Positions 1 through 13,963 of a stretch of 64,000 bases of DNA are shown here, piece by piece. The stretch comes from Octopus sinensis (taxonomy: Eukaryota). Numbering within the stretch: the stretch's first letter is position 1; each line of letters begins with the position of its first letter. Where the stretch lies: assembly GCF_006345805.1 (NCBI RefSeq), contig NC_042998.1, positions 176,452,001 to 176,516,000 on the forward strand, read 5' to 3'. Made by a program: the position numbers and the translations under genes. A model generated the notes under the pieces. It had not been told where the DNA came from and made no database searches. It worked only from the letters and a program-made list of their open reading frames with translations.

Positions 1-1
1 T

Positions 2-57
<56 letters not shown>

Positions 58-58
58 A

Positions 59-98
<40 letters not shown>

Positions 99-100
99 CA

Positions 101-1100
101 CTGGATCATACAAAGTAAAATTTTTGGATATAGATGTTTTGAAAAGAGCAAACAATTATAAATGTCATGAAAAATCTTTCTGGGAATTTAAACATAATTA
201 TGTTGGTGTCAGAAATTTCTGATGACAAGATCTATTAGTTGATATTTGTAAGATATTTATATCAAATATTTAGAAAATGTTTTTTAAGAGTTTTTATTTT
301 CGTTGGTGATCGATATTTATAGATTCAGGTATTATCCCATCTGTAAGTAGAAGTGTTTCCAAAAGGAACGATTTTCATGTCGACACTTAGAGAAAATTTC
401 ATTCTGTTTATTTAATGACAGGTAGTCTTTTGTTAGGATTTTAGATTTTTTCTGTTAAGAAGGTTTTAAATTTGCTTACACCTGTTGATATATGGAGTCA
501 CCTTATCAATTACTGACCTGTTTATCATGATGATTCTTTTGTTTTCATTTTTCAGATGAATTCTATCAAATACTGTATTTCTATATTCGGATGCCAGAAT
601 ATAAATATGTGTTGCGTATATCGGTTTTTCAAATAATTAGCTATAAGCTCTATATAATTACTATCTACGTAATAAGGTGAAACCACCTTGACTCGATATA
701 CCTCTGACTTATCAAGAAACTTTCTATCGGTAGAGAAAGAAATATTGCTATCACAGTTACTCACAAATCGAGGCTCAGACCCATTTTTAACACTGTGGAC
801 ACCACCAGATTAAATGATGCTGCGCAGGTGTCGAAACTATAGTGATATCCGTTTGGGTAGCTGAGGATAAGAAAGTACATATGTTGTACTCGATTGTGAA
901 TTTCTTATACCTTATTCTGGTTACTCTTGATTGCTCTTCATTCTTGCAAAGCTGAAAGTGTTTGTGGATTGACAGTTTATGGGGATCACTTACTTTGGTA
1001 TTGCTTGGTTTTCTTCGTAAATAGCCGAATTAGGTTTGGACAATGTATATATATTGGTGTCTAGATTTTAGAGTTTCTGTAGCATAGAATTTATTCTATT
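101..1100 (-). mobile_element. Possible highly decayed Penelope-like element remnant
   Basis: Broken minus-strand peptides (..KFLDK.., FEKPIYA../..FWHP..) loosely recall the PLE RT thumb region; next to (TA)n. Weak. Confidence 0.25.
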
Positions 1101-1724
1101 AATATTTTATATTTAAATAGAAAATTAGAAGAGGTAATCATACTCCACATTTTGCTACTCATATGAAGTACATATAAATATGTATTTCAACAATTTCTAT
1201 CAAATGCGCTCTCTTTCTTCAGCATAAAAAATCCCAGGTGACAATAACTTATATGGCAGATTGTTGCACAAGTTCTAGCTGTTTTGATAAAGGAAATCGG
1301 AAAGGTCTGAAATGATTTCATTGGCATTTACTTGTACCAATGAGCACTCTTTTGATAGACAACACGTTGATCTCATAAGTGTCGCGTGGTCGAAATAAAC
1401 ATAATTACCAAACTTTCAATTCATTATTTCGTTCTTTTTTTTGCATTTCAATTTGTACATTTGTACTCCCGACTGCGTATGTAATCATTTTTTAATTATT
1501 ATCAACTGATAACAAAATAAGTAGTATATTGAAAAATAAAAATATTTTCTGGTGGGTGGGAGCATTTGTAACTTCAAAGGTCAAAACGAAGCCTTTGGGC
1601 AAAATGGCTTGAGAACCTTTACTCTACAAGTTGCTTACTAGTGCTTTTAAGACGATGTGTGTGTAGTAGTAGATAGCTTATTTCTATTCAGAAGTTTGTT
1701 GTTGTATTGCAAAGATTATCTGTA

Positions 1725-1767
<43 letters not shown>

Positions 1768-2791
1768 ATATATGCGGCTGTTTGTATGTGCATCTATTTA
1801 CAAAGTGATCGATAAAGTTATGACTATAGAAATGCATATTAACATGGATAAATATTTATGGGTATATATGTATATTAGTATACATGTGCCTATGTAACCA
1901 TGGATCTGAAAGTATGTATATGCATAGAACTACCCTCCCATAGTCTTAAAGAGTCATAGTCTAAAAACGTCAACAGCGATTGTTGGTTGAATCTCAGTTT
2001 TGTCTGATAAAACACCCTTTAACAAGTGAGGGACTTAAAATATAAAACATCACCAACAGGCATTTAAATATAAACAAAAACTGATAATTTTATGGTTTAA
2101 TACTTCTTTTATACATCGTTTCTAGTGTAACAAAAACTTTAATAAAAGATAAGCATTTCTCTGACACACATAGATACAACAAACTTTTCATTTAAAATGC
2201 GGTAAATATTAGTTACAACTGAACCGAAAATCATGCTACTTTAATTTCAAAGATAAACAAAATATTTCTACAAACACAAATGCAAACACTGACTTACACT
2301 CAAAATTACTAATAGGCCTGAACCTTGATCTCTATATAATTGTTATATTAGCTCATCCAGTTTTAAATGGAAAGTGTCTTGATAAAGCTTTGCTATATTG
2401 GACCAAAGAGACATCATGATGCAGTCAGAAATTATGTCGAGCCTAGAGGCAAATTTTTACAAGACGCTACACACAACATATTCTTCCAGTATTTCAAATA
2501 TGGAAACGGTATATTATTAGTTAAATCTATATGAAATCTGAAAGACAAATTACAAGAAACATAAATGATAAACAGATTGGTCGTTTACAAAGCTTCTCGA
2601 AACAAACTGAACTGCAGAATGATTTAACGACCAAGCAAATGACTATACGTAAATAAACAAAAAGTATAAAATAATCTTTAAGTACTGGTATGAAGTTCGC
2701 TGCTTTCTGAAACGCTTTGAATTGCCGACAGAGTAATGAAAAGAACCGTTTGCAAAAATATCTTATAGATGCATTTCACAAAAATATACTC

Positions 2792-3148
2792 GTAGAGTCT
2801 CAATCAAGAATGTTACAATAAATTTGGTTCTACTTTCATTATTGAGACTTCGCGTCAATAAAATATTAAAATAATAACCTCTATTAACACACACACTCAC
2901 ACATACAAATAATGGTAACTATAATATTATTATAGTTATTATTATTTGTATGTATGTGTGTGTGTGTGTGTGTGTGTTAATAGAGGTTATTATTTTAATA
3001 TTTTATTGACGCTAAGTCTCAAAAATGAAAGTAGAGCCAAATTTATTGTAAAATTCTTGATTGAGATTCTACAATAAATTTGGCTCTACTTTCATTTTTG
3101 AGACTTAGCGTCAATAAAATAAGTCTCAATAATGAAGGTAAAGCCAAC
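2792..3148. repeat. Fold-back palindrome (2792-3072) with two additional inverted arms
   Basis: 2792-2920 is the near-perfect reverse complement of 2930-3072. 3071-3120 repeats the left arm again; 3121-3148 repeats the right arm. Confidence 0.9.
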
Positions 3149-3797
3149 ATGCATGTATATATATTTATACAAATGTGAGAGAGTGTACGTGTATGTATGT
3201 ATATATACGTATATACGCACAAACACTTATGTATAGGATTATATATATATGTATAGGATTATATTATATATTATATATATATGTGTGTATGCACCACTAA
3301 GAGTAAATGTATATTTGTGAGTGTGTGTATGCGTTGCATGCATGAATATATGAGTGTGTTTTGAGGAATGATAAATATGCATACACGCACCAACATACTT
3401 ATAATGCTTACCTATTAAAGGTAAATCGTCATAAATTTGTAAATATATCTGCAGACATAATGCACATAATTACATATATACCTGCATAGAGACAGATGGA
3501 CAGATAGATAAGTCGATAGATAGGAAGGTAGGTAGTTAAATAGGTATAAAGATAGTAAGATAAACAGTTTGGTAGCTAGATAGATACACTGATATATATA
3601 TAGCTAGCTAGAAAGATAGGTAGATAGGTAGATATATGAACTCATACAACATTACTTTTTTTATATTTGAGATGTGTGAGCACCCCCACCCCCAACCCAC
3701 ACTCACGCTCTCTAATAATCGCTTGGCCTCTGCCTATGAATACCGCTAATTACGTTTGTCATCGGCTTCGCTCTCCCCACCCTCTCTCTCTCTCTCT

Positions 3798-3866
<69 letters not shown>

Positions 3867-4440
3867 ACATATTATATATATATATATATATATATAAAAT
3901 CACACCATACATACATATATATATATTATTATATATAAATATAAATAAATATATATATATATATATGTATATATGAGTGTGTGTATGTATGTATGTATGT
4001 ATGCATGAGTGCATGTGTGAAAGAGACGGAGAGAGAGAGTAGTACTCTATCATATTTAAAATATCTTATTGTGAATAAATACGCGCGCGTATATATAACT
4101 GTGTGTATGAGATTTTGGCAAAAAAGCACTTGGAATGCGCGCTTTTTGCTCATATCTGAATATGTAGCATCCTGAGAAAAGAGAGAGAGAGAGAGATTGA
4201 AAGAAAAAAGTATGTGTGTGTGTGTTTTTCAGTGTTTATATATGTAAATACATTAAAAGTATAAGAATGTATGCATATATTTTTGCGTGTTATCTTTTTC
4301 TTTAAAAAAATATGTATCTATTTTACTGTGTTGGTTTTTAGTAAGTGCATGCATGAGTATGGCGATTGCGATTGGGTTCATATGTAATGCTGCCTGTTCA
4401 AAAATATATGCATGTACTATAATGATAGATATGAGTGTAT

Positions 4441-4642
4441 ACTCTTTTACTCTTTTACTTTGTTTCAGTCATTTGACCGCGGCCATGCTGGAGCACCGCC
4501 TTTAATCGAGCAACTCGACCCCGGGACTTATTCTTTTGTAAGCCCAGTACTTATTCAATCGGTCTCTTTTGCCGAACCGCTAAGTAACGGGGACATAAAC
4601 AATGCTAGGGGGACAAACACGACACACAAACACCACACACAC

Positions 4643-4691
<49 letters not shown>

Positions 4692-4883
4692 TATATATAA
4701 TATATATATATACATATATACGACAGGCGTCTTTCAGTTTCCGTCTACCAAATCCACTCACAAGGCTTTGGTCGGCCCGAGGCTATAGTAGAAGACACTT
4801 GCCCAAGGTGCCACGCAGTGGGACTGAACCCGGAACCATGTGGTTCGTAAACAAGCTACTTACCACACAGCCACTCCTACCTA
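4441..4883 (-). mobile_element. tRNA-derived SINE family A (Octopus-type, internal (TA)n/(CA)n)
   Basis: Head with A/B-box-like GGCTGTGTGGT...GGTTCAGTCCC, body CCTTGGGCAAGTGTC, tail GAAACAAAGTAAAAGAGTAAAAGAG. More than 10 homologous copies in the window. Confidence 0.9.
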
Positions 4884-5044
4884 TGTTTATATGTTGTATG
4901 TATTTTCATACATATAACAATGCTTTGTACAGACACTGATATACGAGTCAAGATTTTCTTGAAATTTTGAGCCCTTTATATTTAATAATATAGCAGCAGG
5001 AAAAAATTACTTTATTTCTTATATTTACTTAATTATTCGACAAA

Positions 5045-5310
5045 TGTTCCAATTTTCATCGATGTTCTCGTTGACTTCAATGTATCACTACCATAGCAAC
5101 GCAACACCGTTTAAAGAGAAGCATTTATCCTGCTCCGCTGCCAATTGTTCCGTAGCTTACTGTAATTCTTCATCACTGGAAATTTTTGCTCTTTAAACAG
5201 TGCTTCAAATATGTAGAAGAGTTGATTATCACATGGTACAAGATTCTCATGAATATGCTAGGCAATGTGCTTGTTCAAAGCCATATTCATGATACATTGC
5301 CATGAAGGAG
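5045..5310 (-). mobile_element. Decayed mariner transposase C-terminal fragment
   Basis: Minus translation with stops and frameshifts: YGFEQ..AYS.NLVPCDNQLF...FSSDEELQ..EQDK.F..GV, matching the mariner YSPDLAPSD..LF / F.SDEE / QD..FY..GI region. Confidence 0.6.
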
Positions 5311-5410
5311 CAGGCATTCAACATTCCATAGCGCTTTCCACTTGTTACGATCTCTCGTCTCTGAAGCAAATTAGCGTAATAAGCACCTATGATTGTGTAT
5401 CTTGTGCAAG

Positions 5411-5852
5411 TATGTGTGTGTGGTTAAAAAGGTCACTTTGCAGGCAAGTAGTTCCGGGTTTAGCCTTACTGTGCGACATTTTGGGCCGGTGTCTTCTACT
5501 ATAGCCCCGGGCCGACCAATACTTTGTGAGTGAACTTGGCTGCCAGAAACTTTGTGAAAGCACGTCGTATAAGTGTGTGTATGTGTGTATATATGTGTGT
5601 GTGTGTCTGTGTGTGTGTCTGTATGTGTCTGTGTCTTTGTGTTTATGTTTGTCCCTCTTCACACCACTTGACAACTAGTGTTGGTTTGTTTATGTCCACG
5701 AAAGTTAGTAGATTTGGCAAAAGAGACTGATAGAATAAGGACCAGATTTTAAAAAAATGAAAATAAGTACAGGACACAATCTATTACACTAGACTCTTCA
5801 CGACGATGCCCAAGCATGGCCGCAGACATATGACTGAAACGAGTAAAAGAAC
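5411..5852 (+). mobile_element. SINE family A, diverged
   Basis: Homologous to 4441-4883 in the opposite orientation. Confidence 0.8.
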
Positions 5853-6009
5853 AGAGGAAAGATAATTAACGCCTCGTTATCTGAATTGTAGAAGATTGTA
5901 AACACAATCTGGCATCAATTTCATCATCTCTAATACTGCACCAGGACACTGCTAAAGCCACGATTCAGTTCACACCTTCAGTTCATATATATATATATAT
6001 ATATATATC

Positions 6010-6156
6010 ACTTAGCGGTTAGACAAAAGAGAACGATAGAATAAGTACTGGGCTTACAAAGAATAAGTCCCGGGGTCGATTTGATCGACTAAAGGCGGTG
6101 CTCCAGCATGGCCGCAGTCAAATGACTGAAACAAGTAAAAGAATAAAAGATAAAAG

Positions 6157-6158
<2 letters not shown>
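6010..6158 (+). mobile_element. SINE family A, 3' part
   Basis: CTTAGCGGTT...GGGGTCGATTTG...CCAGCATGGCCGCAGTCAAATGACTGAAACAAGTAAAAGA. Confidence 0.85.
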
Positions 6159-6192
<34 letters not shown>

Positions 6193-6242
6193 ATATAATA
6201 TATATATATATATAATATGTATGTATGTATGTATATATATAT

Positions 6243-6600
6243 ATGGGTACAGGACGTCACAAACCGTAACATGAAATACGAAACAAATGAGTTGAATACG
6301 CAAACAACGAGAGAAACAAATGGAAAACAGGACAAGTAACATAAAGAACGATCCTTCATCAGTTGACGGCCGTCCATCTACTCCTCATTTCGAGCATTGA
6401 ACGACAATATGAGTCTTCGAAAGCAGTTGCTCCCACAAAAGCCAAAATAAAATTTGGGATTAAAAGGAAGGTCAAAGTTGGTAACAAAAACAGGACAGTG
6501 GAGACATACAAGGAAACCGAACGAAAACCAACATGGGGGGGGGTGTCATAAGATCAGACGAAGGTAAAATAGTGAACGCTGGAGAAATATTTTCTTTGGC
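6243..6600 (-). mobile_element. Unclassified repeat (PLE-tail-like), homologous to 25970-26160 (+)
   Basis: Both loci share GAGTAGATG..GCCG.CAACT.ATGAA.G.TCGTTCTTTAT...GTTTTCCATTTGTT...TGACGTCCT.TAC; both are bordered by microsatellites. Confidence 0.6.
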
Positions 6601-6615
6601 ATAGATAGATAGATG

Positions 6616-6651
<36 letters not shown>

Positions 6652-6670
6652 GGCAGACAGACAGACAGAC

Positions 6671-6715
<45 letters not shown>

Positions 6716-6833
6716 CATGCATACATACATGCATACATACATGCATACATACATACATACATACATATATGCACGAACGCATACATTCATACATACAAAC
6801 ATATATCCAGACACATGCATACATACAAACATG

Positions 6834-6869
<36 letters not shown>

Positions 6870-6984
6870 TACATGATGCATACGTGCATGCATATATACA
6901 TACACACATACATACATTCATACATACACATACATAAACATACATACATACATGTATACATACATGCATACATACATACATACA

Positions 6985-7014
<30 letters not shown>

Positions 7015-7015
<1 letters not shown>

Positions 7016-7921
7016 CAGATGAAAAGATGAGCAGAAGACTATGCATAAATATGTCAGTAGAAATCGCCGTTATGATAGTAACATCGATCAGCAAGGCAGT
7101 TTATCATGGATGAATAGCCAGATTACCTCCTCCCCACACACACACACACTTTGAAGGGTATGCGCTTGCAATCCAGGAACAGGACATATCAACCAAGTAG
7201 CTAATGCACAAAAGGGATAGAGATGCAGGAAAAGCCGTAAAATGTGACAACCGAAGCAGACTCTGTGGAGTTCACACTAAAGATATCACCCACTTAATAA
7301 ACAGTTATCCGAAAATGTCATCACGGTATTATCTACCAATGAGACATGACTTTGTAGTTAGGACACTCTATAATGAAATCCGTTGGAAGGATAATCTTGA
7401 GGACAAAGAAATAAAACCCCACAATATGGTAGAAGCCATAGCCACTCATAATAAAAAGGAATACTGGTGGAATGTACCAGTGAAGACCTCAATAAAATGT
7501 AAGCACAACAGTCTTGATATAATGATTTGAGATAGAGAAGAGAAAATGTGCACAGTTGTGAAAATTAGCTGCCCAGTGGATTTTAACATACAGCTGAAGA
7601 TCAGTGAAAAAGAGAACACATATGCTGAACTATTGAGAAATCTGCAGTTACAGTATCCAGAGTACAAGTTCAGGTTTTTACTTGTAATTATTGGAGCCCT
7701 GGGATATGTAACACACTGCCTAAATACCAATCTTGAAAAATTATGCTTAGCTAATTCGAAAACTACAGATCCAATCCATCTCTGGAATTGTAAATATCTG
7801 TAAAACTTTCCAGAAATTTATCATTTACGTATATATGAGCATGTCTAGATATGCAACTATATACATAAAACATACAAATCTGTACATACATACATACATA
7901 CATACATACATACATACATAC

Positions 7922-7953
<32 letters not shown>

Positions 7954-8068
7954 AACAAATAAAAAATACCCTGTTGTTGATGTTGAAATTTCAATGAAGG
8001 AATGTTGGATCTAGGTTAGAAACCGGTTCTTTATTGTCAAGAAATTTTGAAATAAACTGAATAATGGC
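7015..8068 (+). mobile_element. 5'-truncated RLE-type non-LTR retrotransposon (R4/Dong-like), family flanked by (CATA)n
   Basis: EGYALAIQEQDISTK...CDNRSRLCG..DITHLINSYPKM..RHD..; YWWNVPVKT...LDIMI...VVKISCP...YAELL...IIGALG = zinc-knuckle plus PD-(D/E)xK endonuclease C-terminus with stops. 3' UTR ends AATAATGG(CATA)n. Confidence 0.85.
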
Positions 8069-8090
8069 ATACATACATACACACTCACTT

Positions 8091-8152
<62 letters not shown>

Positions 8153-8595
8153 CATACATATTTCTATCTTGCCTCTTCGTTCTACATTCCTACCGTCTTT
8201 CTATATTCTCTCTATCTTTTTCAATCTATTTATCCATTTATTCATACATACATCATTCTTTCTCGAATTTTCCTTCCCCTTTCTTTCTTTCTCTCTTTCT
8301 TCTCTCTTTCCTTTCTTTTTCTCTCCATTCTTTCTTTCTTTCTTCTGCCATCTCCTCCAATTATTTTTGCACTGTTTCTTTTCGTTTGTCATTCTCATTT
8401 TTTTTTTTTTACTTCTCTTTGTATTTTTTTTCTATCTTTCTTCCCGTCTTTATATCTTTGCTTCATTTATTCTTTGCTTATTCACGTTCCTTCTCTTTCT
8501 TCCTCATCTTTCTTTCCATTCTTCTTTTCTTTCTTTTTCCATTCATTCCACCCATATTCTTTCTTACCTGTCAATTTTTCTATTTCTCTCTATAC

Positions 8596-8638
<43 letters not shown>

Positions 8639-10086
8639 GGTATGTCTGTCCATATGTTTATATGTATTTATGCACTTTCGTTCTGCGTATACGTATATGC
8701 ATATGTTTACCTGTCTACTGTCTCCATACCCCGCCCTGCCTTCCTTCCAGCCCATTGTGTCTACTACATGTCACGTCAATTTAGTATAATAGTTATAGCT
8801 CCTGGCAAAATATTTCTACTGCGTGAAAGAATAAAAGTTGTTTTTGATCGAAAATAAAATATTCGCACATTCTTTCTACATGTACGGGTATGTAATACAA
8901 CTAGGAGCTTACACAGAGGTCCATACACACACACACACACACACACACAACACACACACACACACACACACACACAGATACATATACACACTCACACACT
9001 TTTGTGTGTGTATGTATAGATATACATATGTTGTTATGTATAGATTCATACATTACATAACACCAAAAGTCAGATGAATTCAATTCACTATAACAACGAA
9101 TTTCTCGTCTTGCTAAAAAAAATACATTTTTCGGATTAAAGTATCCTGGTGATTTCGACCTAGATTGACTTCGAAATGAGTTAGAACTTCGCATGTTCTC
9201 CCTACTTTCTCCCTTCCCTCCCCTCTCTCTTTTTAACTCTCTCTCTCCTCTCTCTCTTTCTTTTTCCCCTCTCCTCGTTTCCCCGACTCTCTCTTTCACT
9301 CTCTGAAACAATTTACACCAGTCAATATCAATATCTAAAATAAATCCGTTTGCTCTATAAATTGAGCAAATATTGTTCGAGAAAAATTACTTAAAACCCA
9401 ACTGAGAGAGGATATAAATAAATTGTGACGTAATCTTAAAACACTGGTCAATTTAATTCTGACCATCATTGGGTGCTTTCAGCAGAGTTCATTATTTTGG
9501 ATTCATTTCAACCATACGCTAATTCTTTTCTGGTAGTTACTATCTGCTGGAAAACTAGGGTTTGTTTTCTTGCAGATATAAACTACGACTGCTTTCATCA
9601 CCTCAAATCCAAAAACTTGGCTAAAATTCCAATGCATTCGTTTTATTAACACAATGGTGCTTATGTTTATATTATTTTTGAGCTAGTATACTGCTCTCGT
9701 CAACTTTCCACACATTCTGCGTTCGCTGCTTGGCTGAATTTTAAAAATCTTTGCCTTTATCAAGTTCGTTCTAACGGTTTGTTGTTGAGTGGTTGCAATT
9801 AGCGATTCAATTTCACGTTTCAGGCATCTAGCTTTTAGTCACAACTGGTGCACGTATCATTGTGTTTGTTCTTCACCGTAGTGTTTGTTTATGTTCCATA
9901 ACTTAATGCTTCGACAAAAAGATCGACAGAATATGTACCACTCTTACAAATAAAACTGGAATTAATTTGAACAATAATAAAAACTTTAAAGGTAATTCAA
10001 CAACATTGCCGCAGTCATATGACTGAAATATCTAAAAGACTAAAAGAATGTACAAATAAACGCAAAAAGTATTCGTCTATTTTCAG

Positions 10087-10273
10087 AGTGCTTTCATTAT
10101 CTACGTACGAAGATCTCTTGGCTACTGGTAGTTGCGATAACACGATCAAAGTATGGATTTTGTCAACTGCACAACTGAAGCAAACACTTGTGGGTCATAA
10201 AAAGAGTGTTTGGTGTGTTCATCTCTTCAGCCACAATATTGTGATCAGTGGATCGCATGATACAACCATCAGG
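10087..10273 (+). CDS. Internal coding exon of a WD40-repeat protein (FBXW7/beta-TrCP-like propeller type; orthology not determinable)
   Basis: Acceptor tttcag (AG 10085-10086), donor AGG|gtaaga at 10274. Translates VLSLSTYEDLLATGSCDNTIKVWILSTAQLKQTLVGHKKSVWCVHLFSHNIVISGSHDTTIR, with typical WD40 motifs (TGSxDxTIKVW, LxGH, SGSxDxTIR). Ends in phase 0. Confidence 0.9.
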
Positions 10274-10364
10274 GTAAGATTAAATAAAGATACTTCAGTT
10301 CTACTATGCAGAGTTATATTTGTTATTGTAGGCATTATGTTTGAACGTGTATATGCATATATAT

Positions 10365-10700
10365 GTGGTGAGGTTCCAATTCGGGAGTTCTGAGGTTGTG
10401 GGGAGCAGAGTCACGCTTTAATTGCCATTACTCCTAGATCCGTTCTGACCTGGAATTGTGGGACCTGTCAGGGTCCCGTCTATGGGTTAAATAGATTTTT
10501 CGCGAGTAGAGGAGGCTCCCGTCGTTTTTGACAAAACCGTAGGGAATGCGGCTCTTCTAGGAGAAAGATACTCTGACATAAAACTTGCAGTCAAAAGAGT
10601 ACCTGTTATCTCGCAATGCTTGTCACTGGAACCTAATAAGGCGAGCAAGAGTAGTGGCAAATTGTTGTACAAACTTTTGTCGCTTAAACCCAGTGGTATA
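10365..10700 (+). mobile_element. Decayed interspersed repeats, including an RTE-5'UTR-like motif
   Basis: CTTCTAGGAGAAAGATACTCTGACATAAAACTTGC shared with 49845-49900. Confidence 0.4.
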
Positions 10701-11035
10701 ACGATATCTTCCTATCATTTAATTTTTCGATCCGTTTTGTATTTTATAAAGTCCAATGGTGATGGGGATATATACATATATATATATATATCTGTATATA
10801 TAATATTCATATATATGGAGTGTACACGCACACAATAGCTAAATACATACATGCGCGCGCTAGCTCACACGCACGCCCACGCGCGCTCATGCACATGCCA
10901 GGTCACCGTCATACTTGTCCTTCTGGCCTCCCCCCCCCGTCTGAAGTCAACTTCTTATTCCAATCATTTCAGGATGCGCTGACCATCTATTTGAGACTCG
11001 CTTGTTCTTCTCTCTCTATTTTTCTCTCCCCATCT

Positions 11036-11076
11036 ATCCTTTTCGTAGAAGAGTGTATGCTCGAAACCTTAAGGAT
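11036..11076 (+). ncRNA. Diverged copy of the U6 hammerhead-like motif
   Basis: ATCCTTT-TCGTAGA-A-GAGT(GTAT)GCTC-GAAAC-CTT-AAGGAT. Helix I has a different sequence but still pairs (ATCCTT/AAGGAT); core partly decayed. Confidence 0.4.
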
Positions 11077-11166
11077 TTCTTCCAGGTTTCCTGACCGTCA
11101 ACCTAACTCTCCTTGTTTCTTACCTCTTCTTCGTCTTCTTTTAAATTTTTGTACTTTATATATATT

Positions 11167-11197
<31 letters not shown>

Positions 11198-11200
11198 TAT

Positions 11201-11247
<47 letters not shown>

Positions 11248-11327
11248 TACATACATACATACATTCATACATACATACATACATACATACATACATACTT
11301 ACATACATAATACATACATACATACAT

Positions 11328-11400
<73 letters not shown>

Positions 11401-13014
11401 CACACAATGATTTCTAGCATGTACTCTAAATCGAGGTTTTAGGATAGCGAATATGGTCGATAAAATCGAACCAGTACTTAACTAATACTAATTTTATGGA
11501 TCTTGGAAGAATGACAGTCAAAGTGGAAGTCAAAGGGATTTGAACTCGGAATTAAGTCACGTAACTAAAAACCATAATATATTTTTCTTTTGTTGCTACA
11601 ATATTCTACAGAGTATATCCAGAAATGTTAAGCCAACATTGAATGTGTTGTCAGATATCAACATCTTGTACGTACAAAAAGTAGTATCTTTTATCTTTTT
11701 GCTTTGTTCTTTCTGTCAATCAATCACCTGAAGTTCTTCAAAGACCAGTCAGTTAAATCGTTAACGGTATGATTGGTTTAGACTATTGGAACCACTCAAA
11801 GGTATTACATATTATATTGTTTTCAAAAGAGTGGCAAAGTGTTTATCTTTTTTGTTACGTAAAACTTGTATCGAGGTCGCCACTCCAAAATGGCAAAAAT
11901 CAAGTTGAGAATCGTATATAAGTAGGTCTTTAAAATACTAGAACTTGTGTAACTAAATCTTAATACATCAATATGATAACCAATGACAATGTCGTATCAA
12001 TTTGTCCAGTTCCATTCAATAATGACACAATCTCAAATCTTCACAGATTCAAATTTCGATCAGTTTTTCGTGGCAAACTAAACGAAGGAGGCAAAAAAAA
12101 AAACGTGAATTGGAAAACAATAAGAGAATAACAGTAATGAAGACTTTAAATGTTTTCAAATAATATGTGTGTGTAAGGGAGAGAAAGAGGGATAGGCAGA
12201 GAGAAATAAAGATAGATAGAGCGAGAGAGAAAGAGAGTGGTGTGTGTTTGAGTGTGCGCGCGTGTGTATCTTTGAGTTTGAGTTTGTCCTCCCCACCGCT
12301 TGAGAATCGGTGTTCGTTTGTTTACCTCCCTGCAAACACGCTGTTCGCCAAAAGAAGGCGACAGATTAAGTACGAGAATTGTTTAAAAATGTTCTTTCTG
12401 TAGATTTGTTCGTCTCAACTCTTCAAGGCGATGCCCCAGCATGGCAGCAGTCCTATCACAGAAAAAAAAGTAAAGATAAAAAAATAAAAATAAAAATAAA
12501 GAATAATATCTGAAATGGGCAAAGTTTTCCAAGTTTCAGTATAACTTTGAATAACTAAACGAGGCCGTTAAATTATCCATGACCAGAATCACAAATTCTG
12601 TAACCGTTTAATTTTTTTCTAACGGGTAATTAGCCCTAAAATTTAGTCAAAAGAAAAAAGAACTACAGTCGGAATATCAGACTCAGCCACACATGTAATA
12701 TTTCTTTCACTCCAAGAAACCAAACTGCTTCAGCTGAGAAAAACAGTTCAGTGGTTATGTAATACACTACATCACTCTTGTAGCCAAGTGGGACATCTAG
12801 AAAAGCATTCAGGTGTTAAATTCTAACATGTTTTGGTAAAGAACTTTGAAAATCTAAAATGCTTGAAAATCTAATCTGCTGAAACAAAACTAAATTTTGA
12901 TTTTTTCTTTCTTTACTCGTTTGTCTTACTCTAGGCAAGTATAGATTGAGAAAACCTATGATCGAACGCGTTGCAGCTACGACCATCTTTGTAATTTTAA
13001 GTTTAATAAATAAT

Positions 13015-13265
13015 AAATGCACCCTCTTAAAGCCTAGCCAGAATCATGGGCCCGGTTTACCGGTTTCTATGGCGTATGCGTTCTCCAGCTGGACGGAATG
13101 CCAGTCCATCGCAGTGTTACTCATTTTTGCCAGCTGAGTGGACTGGAGCAACGTGAAATGAAGAGTTTTGCTCAAGAACACAGCGCGTCGCCCTGTCCAG
13201 GAATCGAAACGACAATCTTACGATCATGATGCTGACACCCTAACCACTAAGCTACGCGCCTCCAC
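13015..13265 (-). mobile_element. tRNA-derived SINE family B
   Basis: Head GTGGAGGCGCGTAGCTTAGTGGTTAGGG...GTTTCGATTCC (A/B boxes), body CTTGAGCAAAAC..TTGCTCCAGTCCACTCAGCTGG. Confidence 0.85.
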
Positions 13266-13451
13266 GTATAGTTTTAAGTATAGCGTATCAAAAATTACAT
13301 CACCCAATCTGTCCTTCCTATTTTAAGGTGGCATTGTGTGGTTTTTTACAGACTTGGAGGCTATATTTAGTGAGTCGGGCAACTTGGTTGGCTCTTTATA
13401 TTTTGGTGGAATGGAATTGGGCATTTACTACATGCTTGAAATCGTTTATCT

Positions 13452-13698
13452 GTTATTTTACTTGTTTCAGTCCATTAGGCTGCGGTCTTACTGGGGCACC
13501 GGTTTGAAGAATTTTAGTCGAACTAATCGACCCCGGGATTTATTTTTTTTAAAGTCTGGTACTTATTCTATCTGTCCCTTTTATCGGACTGCTAAGATAC
13601 GAGGACCTAAACACACCAACACCGGTTGTCAAGCGACGGTGGGAGACAAATACTGACGCAAAGACACACTCACACACGCACGCACACACACACACACA

Positions 13699-13790
<92 letters not shown>

Positions 13791-13963
13791 ACATATATGT
13801 ATGTATGTATGTACAAACGACGGGCTTCTTTCAGTTTCCGTCAACCAAATCCACTCACAAAGCTTTGGAGTCTATAATGGAAGACATTTACCCAAGGTGC
13901 TACCTAGTGAGACTGAACTAGGAACCATATGGTTAGGGAACAAATTTTTTACCACAGAGCCAC
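13452..13963 (-). mobile_element. SINE family A
   Basis: Full-length diverged copy with expanded internal microsatellite. Confidence 0.85.

Noticed and set aside
793-844. CTGTGGA..GACACC/GGTGTC-GAAAC-TATA-GTG hammerhead look-alike
   Set aside because: Core overlaps helix II, position 17 is G (non-cleavable) and helix I does not pair; at best a relic.
6350-6400. CTGATGAAGG on the minus strand in a repeat shared with 25970-26160
   Set aside because: No correctly placed GAAA or helix II/III partner could be built, and the second copy lacks the motif.
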